From NCBI RefSeq assembly GCF_018350175.1, contig NC_058368.1, forward strand, positions 163,496,001 through 163,560,000: a stretch of 64,000 nt of DNA. Reading direction: 5' to 3'. Both the position numbers and the translations under genes were made by a program. Origin of the DNA: Felis catus (lineage: Eukaryota). Under the pieces are notes generated by a model. The model ran no database searches. It saw only the letters and a list, made by a program, of their open reading frames with translations, and was not told where the DNA came from. Below are positions 12,190 through 26,765 of this stretch, piece after piece; position 1 is the first letter of the stretch, and every line of letters starts with the position of its first letter.

Positions 12190-14199
12190 GTAAGTTGTTT
12201 GGTGAGAGAAGACCAGTACAGTATAGACTTCTTAGTCATCACTGTTAAAGAGAATTATTACTGTCTAAATTGTGAAGCCATTTTTGCACATAATAATTTG
12301 TTGGAAGTATTTTGCACTAAAACAGCATGTTTCATTACAACATTATTGAATCTATGTTGCATCAAGAAATCCAATCAGGAGTCAGAGTTCTAAGTTGTTT
12401 AATGATGCTTATTCTAGTGTCTTTCACTGGTATGCCTAGCGTGACACAAGACTCAGTTGAAAACATGGCAAAAAGAATAGGGCCATAAACCAAAAGGATT
12501 TCTTGTATGTAGAAGTACCTAAAAAACATGTCAAGAGAAAGAAGTAAGTTGAAGGAAATCATTTTAAAGTTACAAAGAAGGACTTCTTAGCTTCGTTAAG
12601 TTTGTCATGTTGTCAATACAAGTGGTGCTTGACTCAAAGATAGCCTTATGTATTAACTATTCAGAAACCTGTAACTGTGTGGCTAGGAGAGGCTACCTCA
12701 AGTATCCACAGGGGTGTGTAACTATAAGTCTTACTTTCTTTTTGATCTGATCTATTAGGATGTATAACCATAGTGGATCTTCAGGAATAACACCCATTTA
12801 TTATGTTCATTTTACCATAGTTATATTAGCTCAACATTTGTCTTGTTTTCCCTTTACACATAGACATTGCTTTACTGTGAAGACTGAAACAAGATACAAA
12901 CTTATGTTTTTTTCCCTCATATTTCCAGTTCGAAAGAGAATTTTGTTTCCAAACCTGTTATAGTTGGTAAAAGTAGTTAAAAACAAACCAAAAATAGCTA
13001 TTAGATTATTCTTTAAATCTTTTTTCGTAATTATTTAATACTTTTCCCAGTGCAGTTATGCGTGTCTGAAGTGTTGATCAGACTGCTTTCACTTGAAACC
13101 TTTCCCACCCACCCCTCATCCTCAGCCCAGGAAAGATGATTTTCAAGCTTCTCTTACGAGCAGTGCTTTTCTTCATCTGAAGTATTGTCTAGAAATCCAA
13201 TAAGTAAAACAGGAAAGCAGACCTTCTCTGGCTGACTTAAACTAGGAAGTGCTCTTGACTCAGCTTCAAGTACTCCTATCTCTTTTCACTAGAGTACATC
13301 TGAACACACTGTGAATGCCACTGACCATCAAGTCCACTTTTTCCAGATAAGGACTTCTGTCCCTTATATCCAGAACTCTATTTGTCTCTCTTCCCTTCTA
13401 CCTTTTATGTTTCAGCAGTATCAAATTTTTGCTTTTCACGTGTTATTCTATGTTGTGCCATGCCTCTTCGCCATTGGGTGTATTCCTTTATCTGTATAGA
13501 ATGCCCTTTTCTGGGAAGTGATACCTTGTGAATAGTTTTTCATTCTTTAAAACCCTGCTCATTATTCATATTCATTCTTCCCCTTCTCCTTGTAAACTTG
13601 AATACTTCTTCCTCAGTACCATTCTATACCTTAACACATATACTTGTATTCCATGTATCATAATGTACTGCATTGTTACTGTAATCCCTGTTAGATTCAC
13701 AGCACTTTGAGTGTAGGTAGTTTCTGTATATCTAACTTTTAGCATAATTCTTAGACTATTGGTACTAATTAAATTGAACTCACATTTGTGATGTATAATT
13801 GTCACTTTTGAGTAGCTTCAATTTGGTTCATTTGACCTATAGATTGTTGACCTATAGAACAAAATGATTTGTTCTAGGTCATTCTGTTTTTAAGATTAAA
13901 GGTATGAATTTCATTTTAGACATTAAATCTGACAAAGTAATTTAGATCTGTTTAAAAAGTAATTATATGCTATTATGTAATTTTACCTGATAGGAAAATT
14001 CTGTGATTTTGTCTTAATAATGCAGCTTTATTTGTGCATTTTAAACTTGAAAGTTTCTAGTTGATCTTAGCCAATGAGTAGATATTAAATAGATCTGTAA
14101 TAAACAAAATTTAACATTTTAATATTAAATAAAATAAAAGTAAATAAAATAAAAGTAGCCTTTTAATCTGTAAAACAGTAGGAAGTGTTAGGTTGAATG

Positions 14200-15545
14200 C
14201 TGTTTTTACTGAAGTATAGTTGACATTAGTTTCACGTGTACAACATGGTGATTCAGCAATTGTATACATTACAGAATGCTCACCATGATAAGTGTAGTTA
14301 CCATCTGTCAGCATACAAAGTTTCTACTTTGTATGCCCTATGCTGTACTTTTCATCCCTTTAACTTCTCTATTTTATAACTGGAAGTCTGTACCTCTTAA
14401 TCCCCTTCACGTGTTTCACCCATCCTTGCACCTCCCCTTCTCACTGAGAGCCACCAGTTTGTTCTCTGTGTTTGAGTCTAGATGTGTTTTCTTTTTTTTA
14501 TTTCAGTTTTTAGATTCCACATGTAAGTGGAATCATAAGGTATTTGTTTTTCTGTTTCACTTAGCATAATATCCTATAAGTCCATCCATGTTATTGTGAA
14601 TGGCAAGATTTCATTCTTCTTTTTTTTTTTTTTTCAAGGTTTATTTTTGAGATACAGAGAAAGAGCACAAGCAGGGGAGGGGCAGAGAAAGGGGGACAGA
14701 GAATCCAAAGCAGGCCTCAGACTGATACCATTGAGCCCGATGTGGGGCTCAAACTCACAAACCACAAGATCAAGACCTGAGTCGAAGTTAGATGGTCAAC
14801 CAGCTGAGCCTCCCAGGCACCCCTTCATTCTTTTTTATGCCTGATATATATATACACATATACATACATGTATATATATTCTATATCTATATATATGTGT
14901 ATATACACATATATACGTTGTATATACATTATATATGGTATGTGTAATAGATATATATCACATGTGTATCCATTTATGTATGGACACTTAGGTTGCTTCC
15001 ATATCTTGGCTGTTGTAAATAATGATGCAGTAAACATATCTTTTTGAATTAGTGTTTTTATTTTCTTAGTAAATACCCGGAAGTAGGATTAATAGGTAAT
15101 ATGGTATTTCTATTTTTAAGTTTTTGAGGAACCTCCATACTGTTTTCCACAGTGGTTGCTCCAGTTTACATTCCCACCAACGGTGCATGAGGATTCCTTT
15201 TTCTCCACATCCTTGCCAACTCTTGTTATGTCTTGTCTTTTTGATACTAGCCATTTTGACAAGTGCGAGGTGATGTGTCATTGTGGTTTTGATTTACATT
15301 TTCCTGATGATTAGTGTTGTCGACCATCTTTTCATGAATCTTTTGCCCATCTGTATGTCTTCTTTGGAGAAATGTCCGACTAAGGTCCTCTGTTCATTTT
15401 TTAATTGGATTATTTGGGTTTTTTTGATGTTGAGTTGTAGGAGTTCTTTGTATATTTTAGAAGTTGACCCCTTAATAGATATATCATTTGCAAGTATCTC
15501 CTCCCATTCAGTAGGTTGCCTTTTTTGTTTTGTTGATGGTTTAGC
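14200..15545 (-). mobile_element. L1 3' fragment (carnivore/L1MA-like) with a nested - strand CanSINE (~14620-14824) and a (TA)n stretch
   Basis: Minus-strand peptides resemble the L1 ORF2 C-terminus ([43 protein letters not shown]). Confidence 0.9.
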
Positions 15546-16668
15546 TTGAGTACTTTTGTTGGCTAGGGAAATATTCATTAGGAACATCATGAGCTGGATA
15601 GAAGCTTTTGATCAGGAAATAATTGAATAAAGGAACATAAAAGTGGATAATCAAGGTGGAAAGACAGCAAATCCTGGGAAGGTTAGGATTTACAATCAAA
15701 TTCAATACCAATTTGACCTCTAGATTTTATGAGTTAGAAGAGGCAATGATGAAATCTAATTTTAGGCATAAAGAATAGCAATTTAAATCTGATGTTATCC
15801 TATTTTATTTTTAGATTTATAAGAGAGAGTCTAGTAAAACACTTGAGCATGGATTATATTGTCATCTGAAATATATAAAATATGGAAGGGGGAGAACTAA
15901 AAAGAAAAACTAGACACAGCTTTATTTATTTGATAAATTATTAACTATTTAAATGCAGAGACCTCAGAATGAATCTTGAGTGATTTTGTAAACCTGTGAG
16001 CTGCTCATAAATTATTTCTGTCTCCTCCTTTTTTTAGTCTCAGGATGAACCATGGCCTTTGAGCTATAGTAGGGGTGCCAGAGATGAGCAACACCATTAA
16101 TGGGAATATTGAGTATAAAGATAGGAGCTTCAAAGAGCATTGATACCTCTGTTAGCAGTTTGGCTTTCTCCACAATTTTCTTCCAAGTTGTCATTGGTGA
16201 CCAACTCCTATTCAAGCTCAGTCTCCAAAAATAGTTCAACACTGTAATACAGTTTTGTAGTCAGAACATCTTATTTTAGGCAAGAGAATTCTTTATCTCA
16301 CTCTCATTGGTCTTTTTACTTGGATTAGATAAGTTTTGGCCCTTATTTTCCCCTTTCTTTTGTAAGGAGAACAACAAATGTTGAAGACAGTCAAGAAAGG
16401 AGTATTTGTTTAAGTTTAAAATCAGAATGAAAATAGTAACGATGTCCTGAAAGTTTATTGTTTTAGAATTTTTTCCAAACCTTTGTAAACAACTATTTGT
16501 TATTTATTATAATAACAATGTAATTTTGAAAAATGCCTTTTTTGGTTAGTGTGTCATTTGTATTAATCACATCCCTCATCTACTTCTGAACAAGATTTAA
16601 AATAGCTCTACTTTGCAGTTCGTATCGAGTCAACCTGATTTTTTTGTTTTGTTTTCCTTCTGTTTTAG

Positions 16669-16864
16669 CCACCGGAAAGACAGATTGTGGTTGGAATATG
16701 TTCCATGGCAAAGAAATCCAAATCCAAACCAATGAAGGAAATTCTTGAACGGATCTCCTTATTTAAATACATCACAGTAGTAGTATTTGAAGAAGATGTT
16801 ATTTTGAATGAACCAGTAGAAAACTGGCCTTTATGTGATTGTCTTATTTCTTTCCATTCTAAAG
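16669..16864 (+). CDS. PPIP5K2: PPIP5K2 exon 3, c.115-310 ([13 protein letters not shown]...ISFHSKG)
   Basis: tgttttag| acceptor; AAG|GTATTA donor; in frame. Confidence 0.96.
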
Positions 16865-18419
16865 GTATTAAAGAATGGGGTGGGAACTACTTTTATCCTC
16901 TTATAATAAAACCAATACATACTAATTGTAGATTATTAGATAAAATAGAAAAATAAAATTAAACTTACCCACTCTCACAGATCAGTGTTGCTAACATTTT
17001 GATATATTTCTTTTCAGCCATTTTTCCTCTGTGTATTTTTTAAAAACAAATTTACTATTACAGTGTATATGTAATTTTATATTTAATTTTCCATTAACTA
17101 TATCGAGGCTTATTTTCCTTTCATTACATTCTTCAGAGACCTGATTTTCAATGACATCTCAGCTTGTCATCATGAGGATATACTATAACATTTAGCCAGT
17201 ATCTTAACAATTAGTGTCCGGTTTTCACTATTAAAAATAGTGAAAAATAGGTTGATGAATTCTTTGAAAGTATATCTTTGTTACTCTAAGTTATTTAGAA
17301 TGAATTCTTGAATTATTGAATATTTTAAGGTCTATGCTTTTGTCATATAGAAAATGATGTTTCCTCATATACATATTTATATTTTATTTCTGAGGTGCTT
17401 AATATTTGAATTTTAGACTTTACTCGGTTTCTTTTATAAACCAAAGTGAAATATAATTAAACTTCAGTATTACTTGATGGTGAAGTATGCCTTCATAGTA
17501 AAACCCACTAATCAAAATTATTAGTGAATATCTGAAATTTTTATTATCCAGTTATCTGTGAATTAAATGTATTTCTTACTAAGAACTATAATTTAAAAGA
17601 TATGTACTCAGTTATAAATGAATTCACATTAAAGCAAACTTGTTAACAAAATATGTAATCTCTAGCTGTGTTAAAGTTTCACTTTACTTAGGTATTCAAG
17701 AAACAAACGTCTTCAGCCAGAAAGGGGTGGAGCATGTTTGAGACTTCTTGTGCTCCTATAGCCTATAGAGAAGCCAAGGCCCTGGTCTTTATAAACTGAA
17801 GTCCTTTATTTCAGAGAATATGAAAATTAGCTTATCTTTGAGGGTAAGGTTTCTTCCCTTACTACTACATGGTTCTTCCTACAGAGCTATTTATTTGCTT
17901 GTAAAAACTAGGTGCTCTCCAAGGTGATATCCCATATGCTGTCTCTTGGTGAGGGAAATGTCCTCTTTAACCACAACAACAACAAAAGCAGGGAACTGAA
18001 TAAGGGTTCCTATATGCTGAGTTCTGTTAGGAAACATGAAATCATAGACCTCGAGATATCTTTATGACATGTATGACATGTGATGAATTCTTCTGAGAGT
18101 CTTTACAAAAGTAGAAGGGTTTGTAATTTGTGGCCAAGTGATTCTAGGTATAGAGTACTTTCATTACATTTTAAAAACTAAAAGGAATTTAGGAATAAGT
18201 CTTTTTTAACTGACTATGGTTTTTTGTTTAGTTTTTTTTAACATCAGTATGCCTTAGTACTTAACTTCTCCAACTGTTCCGATAATGCTACAAAACACAG
18301 CGTCTTCACAGGTATACTATAGTATGCTATAGTTAAATTCTAAAGCTATGCATACCTAATGATTTTTACTCTATTTCTTCAATTAGATATTCATTAAAAT
18401 ATTTTCATTTAAGGAATAA

Positions 18420-18630
18420 TAATATTTATTGGGAGCTTATTATGTCAGGTACTGTGCTAAGTGTTTTATGTATACTCCTTGATGGAGTTCCTCCAAAAAC
18501 TGTACTAGGTAAGACTGTTAAAATACCCATTTATAGTTGTGAATCAGGGGCTGAGAGATTTTAGGTAAATTTGCCCGAAATCACGTAGCTAATGAAAGAT
18601 GGAGCCAGGACTTTGGACCCTGTTATATTA
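18420..18630. mobile_element. MIR remnant
   Basis: tatttattgggagcttattatgtcaggtactgtgctaag...gtaaatttgcccgaaatcac. Confidence 0.65.
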
Positions 18631-19385
18631 ACCTTTAGGGAATACTGCCTTACCATCTCTAAGTAATAGGTATTGATGGATAAAACTGGAGCTTTTAGCG
18701 TCAATACAGACAGCATAGTAGAATCATTAAAATGCTTTAGATACTTTAGGCCTCTTACTATATCTGCCATTTGATTTATTTTCCTTGTAATTAGTAATTT
18801 TACCAAAGTCTAGTAATTTTTGAGTTAATTTCTGATATCTTAACGTTGACCTAGTAACAGCAAGTATGATTCTACTCATATACTTTATATTTAGAGCATA
18901 TCTTTGCAAGAGAATTAACTTTTGTTTTTGCTATTTAAAGATGCATAAATTCTTTGAATTATCAACAATTTATATGTATAGATACCAAATTTAAAAAGTG
19001 AGAAAAAGAGTTATATATATTTTAAAAATCACCAAGTGATTGTGATATATTTATTTATATATAGATTTCTGTTTGTGTATGAGGTAATCTTAACTTTTTA
19101 TCAGTGACTTTGAATAATCAGGTGTTGACTAATGTGTCAGTGGTCTAAATTTGTTATATAACCACTAGCTTATTGTGCCTTATCAATCAAATTAACTAGG
19201 AAAAAATAAGACTTATTAATAGTACAAGTTAAGTTTTATGTGTTTATTTTTCCATGATTTATATGGAAAGTAGTGATAATAAAACTAACCTTTTATCAGA
19301 AATGGCATAAATTCAAATTGATAAAGTTATAGATGTCAACTTATCTTGAGATTGTACAGAATATGTTAATAATATGTGTTCTTAG

Positions 19386-19476
19386 GATTTCCACTGGACA
19401 AAGCAGTTGCCTATGCAAAACTCAGGAATCCATTTGTAATCAATGACTTGAATATGCAGTATCTCATACAAGATAG
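19386..19476 (+). CDS. PPIP5K2: PPIP5K2 exon 4, c.311-401 ([30 protein letters not shown])
   Basis: ttcttag| acceptor; TAG|GTGAGT donor. Confidence 0.96.
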
Positions 19477-19509
19477 GTGAGTGATGGAGATGGCTGAATA
19501 AGGGAAGGA

Positions 19510-19735
19510 AAATTAACATTTATTTAGTATATACTGTAAGCGATACGGCATCAGGTGTTTTCATATACGTTAATTTTTGGTATCCTCTAAATAATACTTA
19601 AGAATAGGTATTTATACCCAATTTTGTAGATGAAGAATCTTGAAAATCAGGGAGATGAATTGATTTGCCCAAAGTCACAAGTAGTCCTGCAAATAGTGGG
19701 ACGGGGACTTAAACCAGATTTATTTAATTTCTGGA
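19510..19735. mobile_element. MIR remnant
   Basis: attttgtagatgaagaa...gatttgcccaaagtcaca. Confidence 0.65.
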
Positions 19736-20676
19736 GTCTACTGAACCACTGAAAATTATGAACAACTTCTCTGTCATGGTGACTGATGATGAAATTAGGG
19801 CTATACTAGATTATTTTTAATGGTAAAGTGCAACTGTTTTGAAAAATACCTCACTATCTTAGCATTCATTTTACAGGTCAAAAGCATGGATTTCCAAGAG
19901 ACACTGTAAAATACAAATATATTTATTTATATTGTTTGATGTTTCACTCTGATGGCTACCCTTATGATTTCACCAACATTTGATTTTCCTTTATGTGAAC
20001 ATTACAATATGAGATTATATGTATGAAAATACTTTACAAACTATAAGGCCTTATGGTTTTTTGTTTCTGGTATTCTGTTCTTCCAGATAGTGACATTATT
20101 GATATCTAAAACTTTAAAACATTTTTCCTAGATTTCCATATTAGTACATGCTTATATGTTATATACATATATATGAAAATGCATATTTACTTTAAGAAAT
20201 TTGGAAAATAAAAGCATCAAGAAAGGATTTTACCCTGCCACCATATCTATCATATTTTTTTCATATAGAAAGCAATATGTACATGGACTTACATTTTACA
20301 CAGGGTCACTTTTCTCTTACAATACAATGAACATTTTCCCATGCCATTAAATATTCTTTAGGTATAAAGTTTTTAATAGTTAGGTAATATTCTGTCATTG
20401 CTTATAGCAACTTTATTTGACCATTTCTTTTTATACATTTACATTCCCAATTTTAAATGTTAGTATTTTAATATGCCACATAAAGTATTGTGCAGACATT
20501 TTTGTTTTAATATTGCATAATATTTCCTTTGAATACATATTTTTTCGATACTTTAAATGACAAATTTTTTATTTAAAAAATAAGGCTTGATATCCATGCC
20601 TTTTTAGTAATACAGTAGTAATAATGTACTTGTGAAATAGAATAAAACAATAAAGGATGTTTTCCCTTTTTTTCAG

Positions 20677-20762
20677 GAGAGAAGTATACAGTATTCTTCA
20701 GGCTGAAGGTATTTTACTTCCACGTTATGCAATTTTGAACCGTGACCCAAATAATCCCAAAG
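20677..20762 (+). CDS. PPIP5K2: PPIP5K2 exon 5, c.402-487 ([28 protein letters not shown])
   Basis: tttttcag| acceptor; AAG|GTAAGA donor. Confidence 0.96.
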
Positions 20763-21842
20763 GTAAGAGTAAGAGATTTTGAGCGAGCTGCCTTTTGTCA
20801 CTCAACATATTTTTGAGCCACTTCCCTTCTATAATTAAGTAGAAGGAATTTGAAGAATTCATAGTATTTTGTTTACTTTTTTTTAAAGAAATGAACCAAT
20901 TAAGTATTATGTTCAGTTGAAGTGTAGCACTATAAGCTAAAAGACCCAGTAATAATTTAAGAGTTATATATCCTACTTTTCTTTGGTTTGCATTTGACAT
21001 CTATTTGGGAAATGTAAAGAAGAATTTTTAAATTATGTGCTTAATAAATTTGTATTGATTAGTGTAAACAAGTGATTTATCTCTGACTCTTGAATTAAGC
21101 ATTAGAAACTTCACACTAGAATGCTGTGATTAAATTTCTGATAAATAGGAATTTTGGAGTATTATTACCTACTAATGTCTTAAAGCACCCTTTGCTTCAT
21201 TTTTCTGGTTATCTAAAACATAACATGTAAGTTATATATAGCAGTCTAAAAAAACCAAGATAAATGTTTATCTGCATTAAGATTTAATATTCTGATAAGA
21301 GTATTTTAGGGAATTCTGATGATTTTATTGTATCTAAAAGCAACTTTTATTAAAAACATATATAACATTTATTATCTGTAACAGGGAACTTCCCTCATTT
21401 GTCTAGAGGTAAAAAAATAACTTCCTAATTAGATTGCTTGCTTACTTTGTATAGGTTACTTTAGTAACCTGAATAATTTCATGTTTTATAGTATCTGTGA
21501 TACAAATGATCCCTTACATTTTTCAGAAGATGATAGCGCTCTAAAATTATTTCTCAGTCTTTCTTGTTGGTGTCATTTCCTATCTAACTTTGTATTCTGT
21601 GGATTGATAAGGTGAAATGACAGGTTCATAAGATTTTGAAGAAAAACTATAGTTTTTAATGTCATAGATCATAGATGTTGATGTATGTTGTTTGCATAAA
21701 TAGTTTTAACTAAAATCAAATCATATATTATCCAAGCTTACTTTTCTTTGTAATCTCCATTGTAGTAAAAACTTCAATAATAATACTATTTCCAGATAAT
21801 ATACAGTATGTAATTTTTCCTGATGTTCTGTTTGACTTCTAG

Positions 21843-21997
21843 AGTGCAATCTGATTGAAGGTGAAGATCATGTAGAAGTAAATGGTGAAGTTTTTCAAAA
21901 GCCATTTGTAGAAAAGCCAGTCAGTGCAGAGGATCATAATGTTTACATTTACTACCCAACATCTGCTGGTGGTGGAAGTCAAAGACTTTTTCGGAAG
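21843..21997 (+). CDS. PPIP5K2: PPIP5K2 exon 6, c.488-642 ([10 protein letters not shown]...[20 protein letters not shown]...RLFRK)
   Basis: cttctag| acceptor; AAG|GTAAAC donor; kinase domain. Confidence 0.96.
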
Positions 21998-22297
21998 GTA
22001 AACCTTTGTTATCCCAGGGAATACTGTTCTTCATACTTTGTGCAAATTTTACTAAAAGTAATCAAGTATTTAATAGAATTAAGACTAAGAATGTATCATT
22101 TAGGAATAAATGAAAACTGGTACTCTTCTTTGTTAGAAAAGCAAGGCATTATTTTATTTTTTAATGCGATGCATGCAAAATTTCTAGGTATAAAGTATGA
22201 AGAGTATTATTTGATTTCATTTGCATCTTCCAGTTATGTATCTGGCCTATGAGAAATTCAGGTAAAGATCAGCAGTATTTAAGAAAAATGGCACCTT

Positions 22298-22507
22298 GGG
22301 GCACCTGGGTGGCTCCATCAGTTAAGCCTCCAACTTAGGCTTAGGTCATGATCTTGTGGTTTGTGAGTTCGAGCCCCGCGTCCGGCTCTGTGCTGACAGC
22401 TCAGAGCCTGGAGCCTGCTTTGGATTCTGTTATCTCCCCATCTCTCAGCCCCTCCCCTGCTCATGCTCTCTCTCTTTCAATAATAAATAAGTGTTAAAAA
22501 AAAAAAA
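22298..22507 (+). mobile_element. CanSINE inserted in front of an older short SINEC (22525-22610)
   Basis: TSD aagaaaaatggcacctt at 22281-22297 and 22508-22524. Confidence 0.93.
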
Positions 22508-22714
22508 AAGAAAAATGGCACCTTAGGGCACCTGGATGGCTCAGTTGGTAGAGCATGCGACTCAGGGTCTGAGTTTAAGCCCCACATTGGGCATGGAGCC
22601 TATTTAAAACAGATAGAGAGAAGAAAAATAGCCCCCAAGACGGATGATTCATAGACAAAAATAATACCAATAATTTTTACATACATGACAGTATGCTCAA
22701 AATTGCACCCATAA

Positions 22715-23417
22715 GAGGTTGTGGAGAAACAGGAACCCTCTTGCACTGTTGGTGGGAATGCAAACTGGTGCAGCCGCCCTAGAAGAGTTTGGAGGTTCCT
22801 CAAAAAATTAAAAATAGACCTACCCTATGACCCAGCAGTAGCACTGCTAGGAATTTACCCAAGGGATACAGGAGTACTGATGCATAGTAGTACCCCAATG
22901 TTGTACCCCAATGTTTATAGCAGCACTCTCAACAATAGCCAAATTATGGAAAGAGCCTAAATGTCCATCAACTGATAAATGGATAAAGAAATTGTGGTTT
23001 ATATACACAATGGAGTACTACATGGCAATGAGAAAGAATGAAATATGACCCTTTGAAGGAACATGGATGGAACTAGAGAATGTTATGCTAAGTGAAATAA
23101 GTCATACAGAGAAAGACAGATACCATATGTTTTCACTCTTATGTGGATCCTGAGAAACTTAACAGAAACCCATGGGAGAGGGGAAGAAAAAAAAAAAGAG
23201 GTTAGAGTGGGAGAGAGCCAAAGCATAAGAGACTCTTAAAAACTGAGAACAAACTGAGGGGTTGATTGGGGGTGGGAGTGAGGGGAGGGTGGGTGATGGG
23301 TATTGAAGAGGGCGTCTTTTGGGATGAGCACTGGGTGTTGTATGGAAACCAATTTGACAATAAATTTCATATATTAAAAAAAATAAAAAATAATAAAATA
23401 ATATTAAAGATTTAAAA
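22715..23417 (+). mobile_element. 5'-truncated carnivore/felid L1 (ORF2 end, 3'UTR, polyA)
   Basis: ORF2-like EKQEPSCTVGGNANW...WRFLKKLKIDLPYDPAVALLGIYP; G-rich 3'UTR; A tail; TSD aaaattgYacccataa. Confidence 0.93.
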
Positions 23418-24272
23418 AAAATTGTACCCATAATAAAATAAATGCAAATGAAGTCTAAAAGTTAATGACATTGAATTACTTTTTGGATTGCCAAAGATCT
23501 AAAAGATTGAGGTAGTTGGAAAACAAGCACAAGCCCACATGTTGTTGGCAGGAATGCAAGTTAATATAGCCTCTTAGCAATATAATTTAATAATACATTA
23601 AGATTTAAAATGTGTGTACATTTATAATCATGGAAATGCAAAGAAAAAACTCAGTGGGATACTATTTTATATCCATTAGAGTGGCAAATATTAAGTCTAA
23701 CAATACCAATTATAGTAGAGCAGTGGGAACTAATATATGTGCTAAGAGAACTCTAAGTTGTTAAAACAGTTCATAAAGGATTTTGGCATTATCTTTGTTG
23801 AATATGAGCACCTAGCAATTCTATCACCTGGTAATTCTACTTGTAGTATATACATTAGAAACCCTCTTGCACATGGGACACATATAAGAATGTTCAAAGC
23901 AAAACTGTTCTACTGACAAAAACTTAGAAAACAACCGAAATATCCATTAATGAATGAATTCCATGTACGTACACAGTGGAAAATTCTATAGTAGACAAAG
24001 TGAACAAACCAGGTTACATGCAACAACATGGTTGAATCTAAGAAACATTATTCTTACCATTCATTGTATATTTATGCTATTTAACTTACATATAAATTGT
24101 AATTACGGTAGAAAATAATACAGCATCAACTGTATAGTAAGTGTTGTTAAATACTTGTGCACCAAAAAAATTTTTTGGAAATATCTAAGATGGAAAAATA
24201 TGGTGAAAGTTTATATTAATAAAATGAGATGAATAATTTAGTTTTTATATTCATGGACATCTTTGTTTTCAG

Positions 24273-24374
24273 ATTGGCAGTAGAAGTAGTGTTTATTCCC
24301 CAGAAAGCAATGTACGAAAAACAGGCTCATATATATATGAAGAGTTTATGCCCACAGATGGTACTGATGTAAAG
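24273..24374 (+). CDS. PPIP5K2: PPIP5K2 exon 7, c.643-744 ([12 protein letters not shown]...[13 protein letters not shown])
   Basis: ttttcag| acceptor; AAG|GTAGGA donor. Confidence 0.96.
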
Positions 24375-25506
24375 GTAGGATTGATTACAGTATATTTTAA
24401 TTTTGTATTTAGTTTACCGATGGCAACAGAAAAAGAGATTACCCTTTAATTAGTTATATCTATATTCTGGATCTCTTTTTTTTTTTGTGACTAGAGATTG
24501 TTAATCTGTTTTGTATTATGAATGCCTTTGACAGTCTGAAGGCCATGGACCATTTTTTTAGAATAATGTTCTTAAATGCTTAAAACAGGATTGCCAAGGA
24601 GACAAATTTTATTGAAATACAGTTATAAAAATATTTAATAAACAGCTTGGTGATATAATAAAATGTATGCTTCTTTAAAAGGACATTAAATAATAAAGCA
24701 GTAAAGGTCTAATAGCCACCAGTTTCTAAGCATTGATTAGCATAAATGATGTTTGAGATCCGCAGCAACCGTAGCATAATGTAAAAATATGTTTGACTTC
24801 TTTTGGTGACAGACAAGGTCTTAATTGTTTTACCTTCAGCCAGTCTTGGTCTAAGGTATAAACCTGATCATGAGCCTCTCCTTTAAAATTCTCTTATGGA
24901 TTTTTGTTGACCAGAGGATAATAATCAGGTTCTTAAGTGTGGCATACAGAATGTTTCAGTCTGTCTTCTATCAACCTTATTTCTTACAGTATAAACTATA
25001 CTAAATAATTTACTCTTATCTGAATACATCATGCTCTTTAACACCTCTGGCCTCTGTCAATTACCTGTGCTTGGAGTGCTGTTCTCTTTCTTATCTGCTT
25101 TTCATTCTATGCTGTCCCTCACCACCACCCCCATTTTTTAATCTTCCTTTTGGCCATTACTTTCTTTTATGTTTTTATAATTAACTTGTACTTCTCCTTT
25201 GTTAAACTTAAAACAATTTGAAAAAGATCACCTCATATACAACCTAGTATTCCCTCATAATGCTCAGCATTAATCAATCTCTATAAGAACAGAACTTCAC
25301 TTTACCATTTTTTTGCCATGTTATTGTTTATAACCTTTTCCATTGTATTGAAAATTTTGGCATGTGAAATAGAAAGAGGTGTGAAATGAATAGTCTGGAG
25401 ACTGAAGTAAAGTTTTATTATTTTTCTTTTAGTTTGTTGTCTGCTGTTTTTTTAAACACATTTTAAATAATATAAAAATTTTTATATATTTTGACTTTAA
25501 TGAAAG

Positions 25507-25668
25507 GTTTATACAGTGGGTCCAGATTATGCTCATGCTGAGGCTCGAAAATCTCCAGCCCTCGATGGCAAGGTGGAACGAGATAGTGAGGGAAAAGAAG
25601 TTAGATACCCTGTTATTCTGAATGCACGCGAGAAATTAATTGCTTGGAAAGTCTGCCTTGCTTTTAAG
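25507..25668 (+). CDS. PPIP5K2: PPIP5K2 exon 8, c.745-906 ([17 protein letters not shown]...VCLAFK)
   Basis: Weak aatgaaag| acceptor; AAG|GTAAGA donor; frame fits both neighbours. Confidence 0.95.
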
Positions 25669-26654
25669 GTAAGATGTTTTAAAGGCCATTCAGGCCCCTG
25701 TCAAAGAAATTCTAATGTCTTTTTTGAGTAAAAGAAATGTTATTTGGGCATTTAGTGGTAGAAGTAAGCTGAGAAAATAAAAAATGATACATTTAAATGG
25801 TTTATGTACTTCTCAGGGGATTCTTATAGCGCCATTAATAAAAATATATAATAAATGAAGGCCTTTGTTTCTCTCTATTTTATCTGTTATATAAAAGGGA
25901 ATTTTGTCAATTTATTCAGAAATTAAAATGATGGAGGAAAACTTAACTAAAACAGGAGCATTAACCAGTGTTTAGAGGTATTATTTAACATGCTTAAAAC
26001 AACTGGTTGCAAGTACTATTTACTCAGAATCGATACATGATTGTTTTCTTGAATAAAAAAGGTCTTCAGTAGTCTTCTAGCCTTGGTAATACATCCTTTA
26101 GCCTATTTATTGTATATGATAAAATGTGTTTTTGAAAGCAATACAAATAACATTCCTTAAAGAAAACTTTTTACTTCTAACATTTGACTGGTTCCCTCAG
26201 TCTACATCATTAGGTTTCCAGTAATGTATGGTAAAGATTTAAATAGAAGTAGTACAACTTTCATCTAACAAAGGATAAACTTCACCTTTTTGAAGTCTTG
26301 TCTTGAGTTATAATGTAAAGACTAGGATGTGTTACTGGTTATTAAATAATACTTTATGTCTTAATAATTTGAAGTCACTTTTATGGAAGGAATATTATCC
26401 TGTAAGTATATTTTAATAGCTTTGTATGAATTGTCTTAACTTCGTAATACCAGGATTCTAAACATGACTTAAAATCATATTTATGCTAATGTGTCATGAT
26501 TTGAATGTAAAATGCAGAAGTTAGAAAATTCTTGGAGCCTGAATAGGAAATTTATACCTTGCAATGGTTTTCTTCTCCCAAATAAAATGTATTTAATTTA
26601 TTTCAAGTGCTCACAAGTATATAGTTGTCAAGTTTTAAAAGATTCAGAACGAAG

Positions 26655-26765
26655 GGCACCTGGTTGGCTCAGTTTGTAGAGCCTGCAACTCTTAATCTCA
26701 GGGTTGTGAGCTTAAACCCCACAGTGGGTGTAAAGATTACATAAAAATAAAATCTTTCTTTAAAA
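26655..26765 (+). mobile_element. Short old CanSINE
   Basis: gggcacctggttggctcagtttgtagagc tRNA-like head. Confidence 0.75.

Noticed and set aside
14825..15590. Peptides resembling a reverse-transcriptase protein C-terminus
   Set aside because: Frameshifted L1 ORF2 remnant, not a domesticated gene.
22525..22610. tRNA-like A/B boxes (also 26655, 61743)
   Set aside because: Short tRNA-derived CanSINE heads, not complete tRNA cloverleaves.
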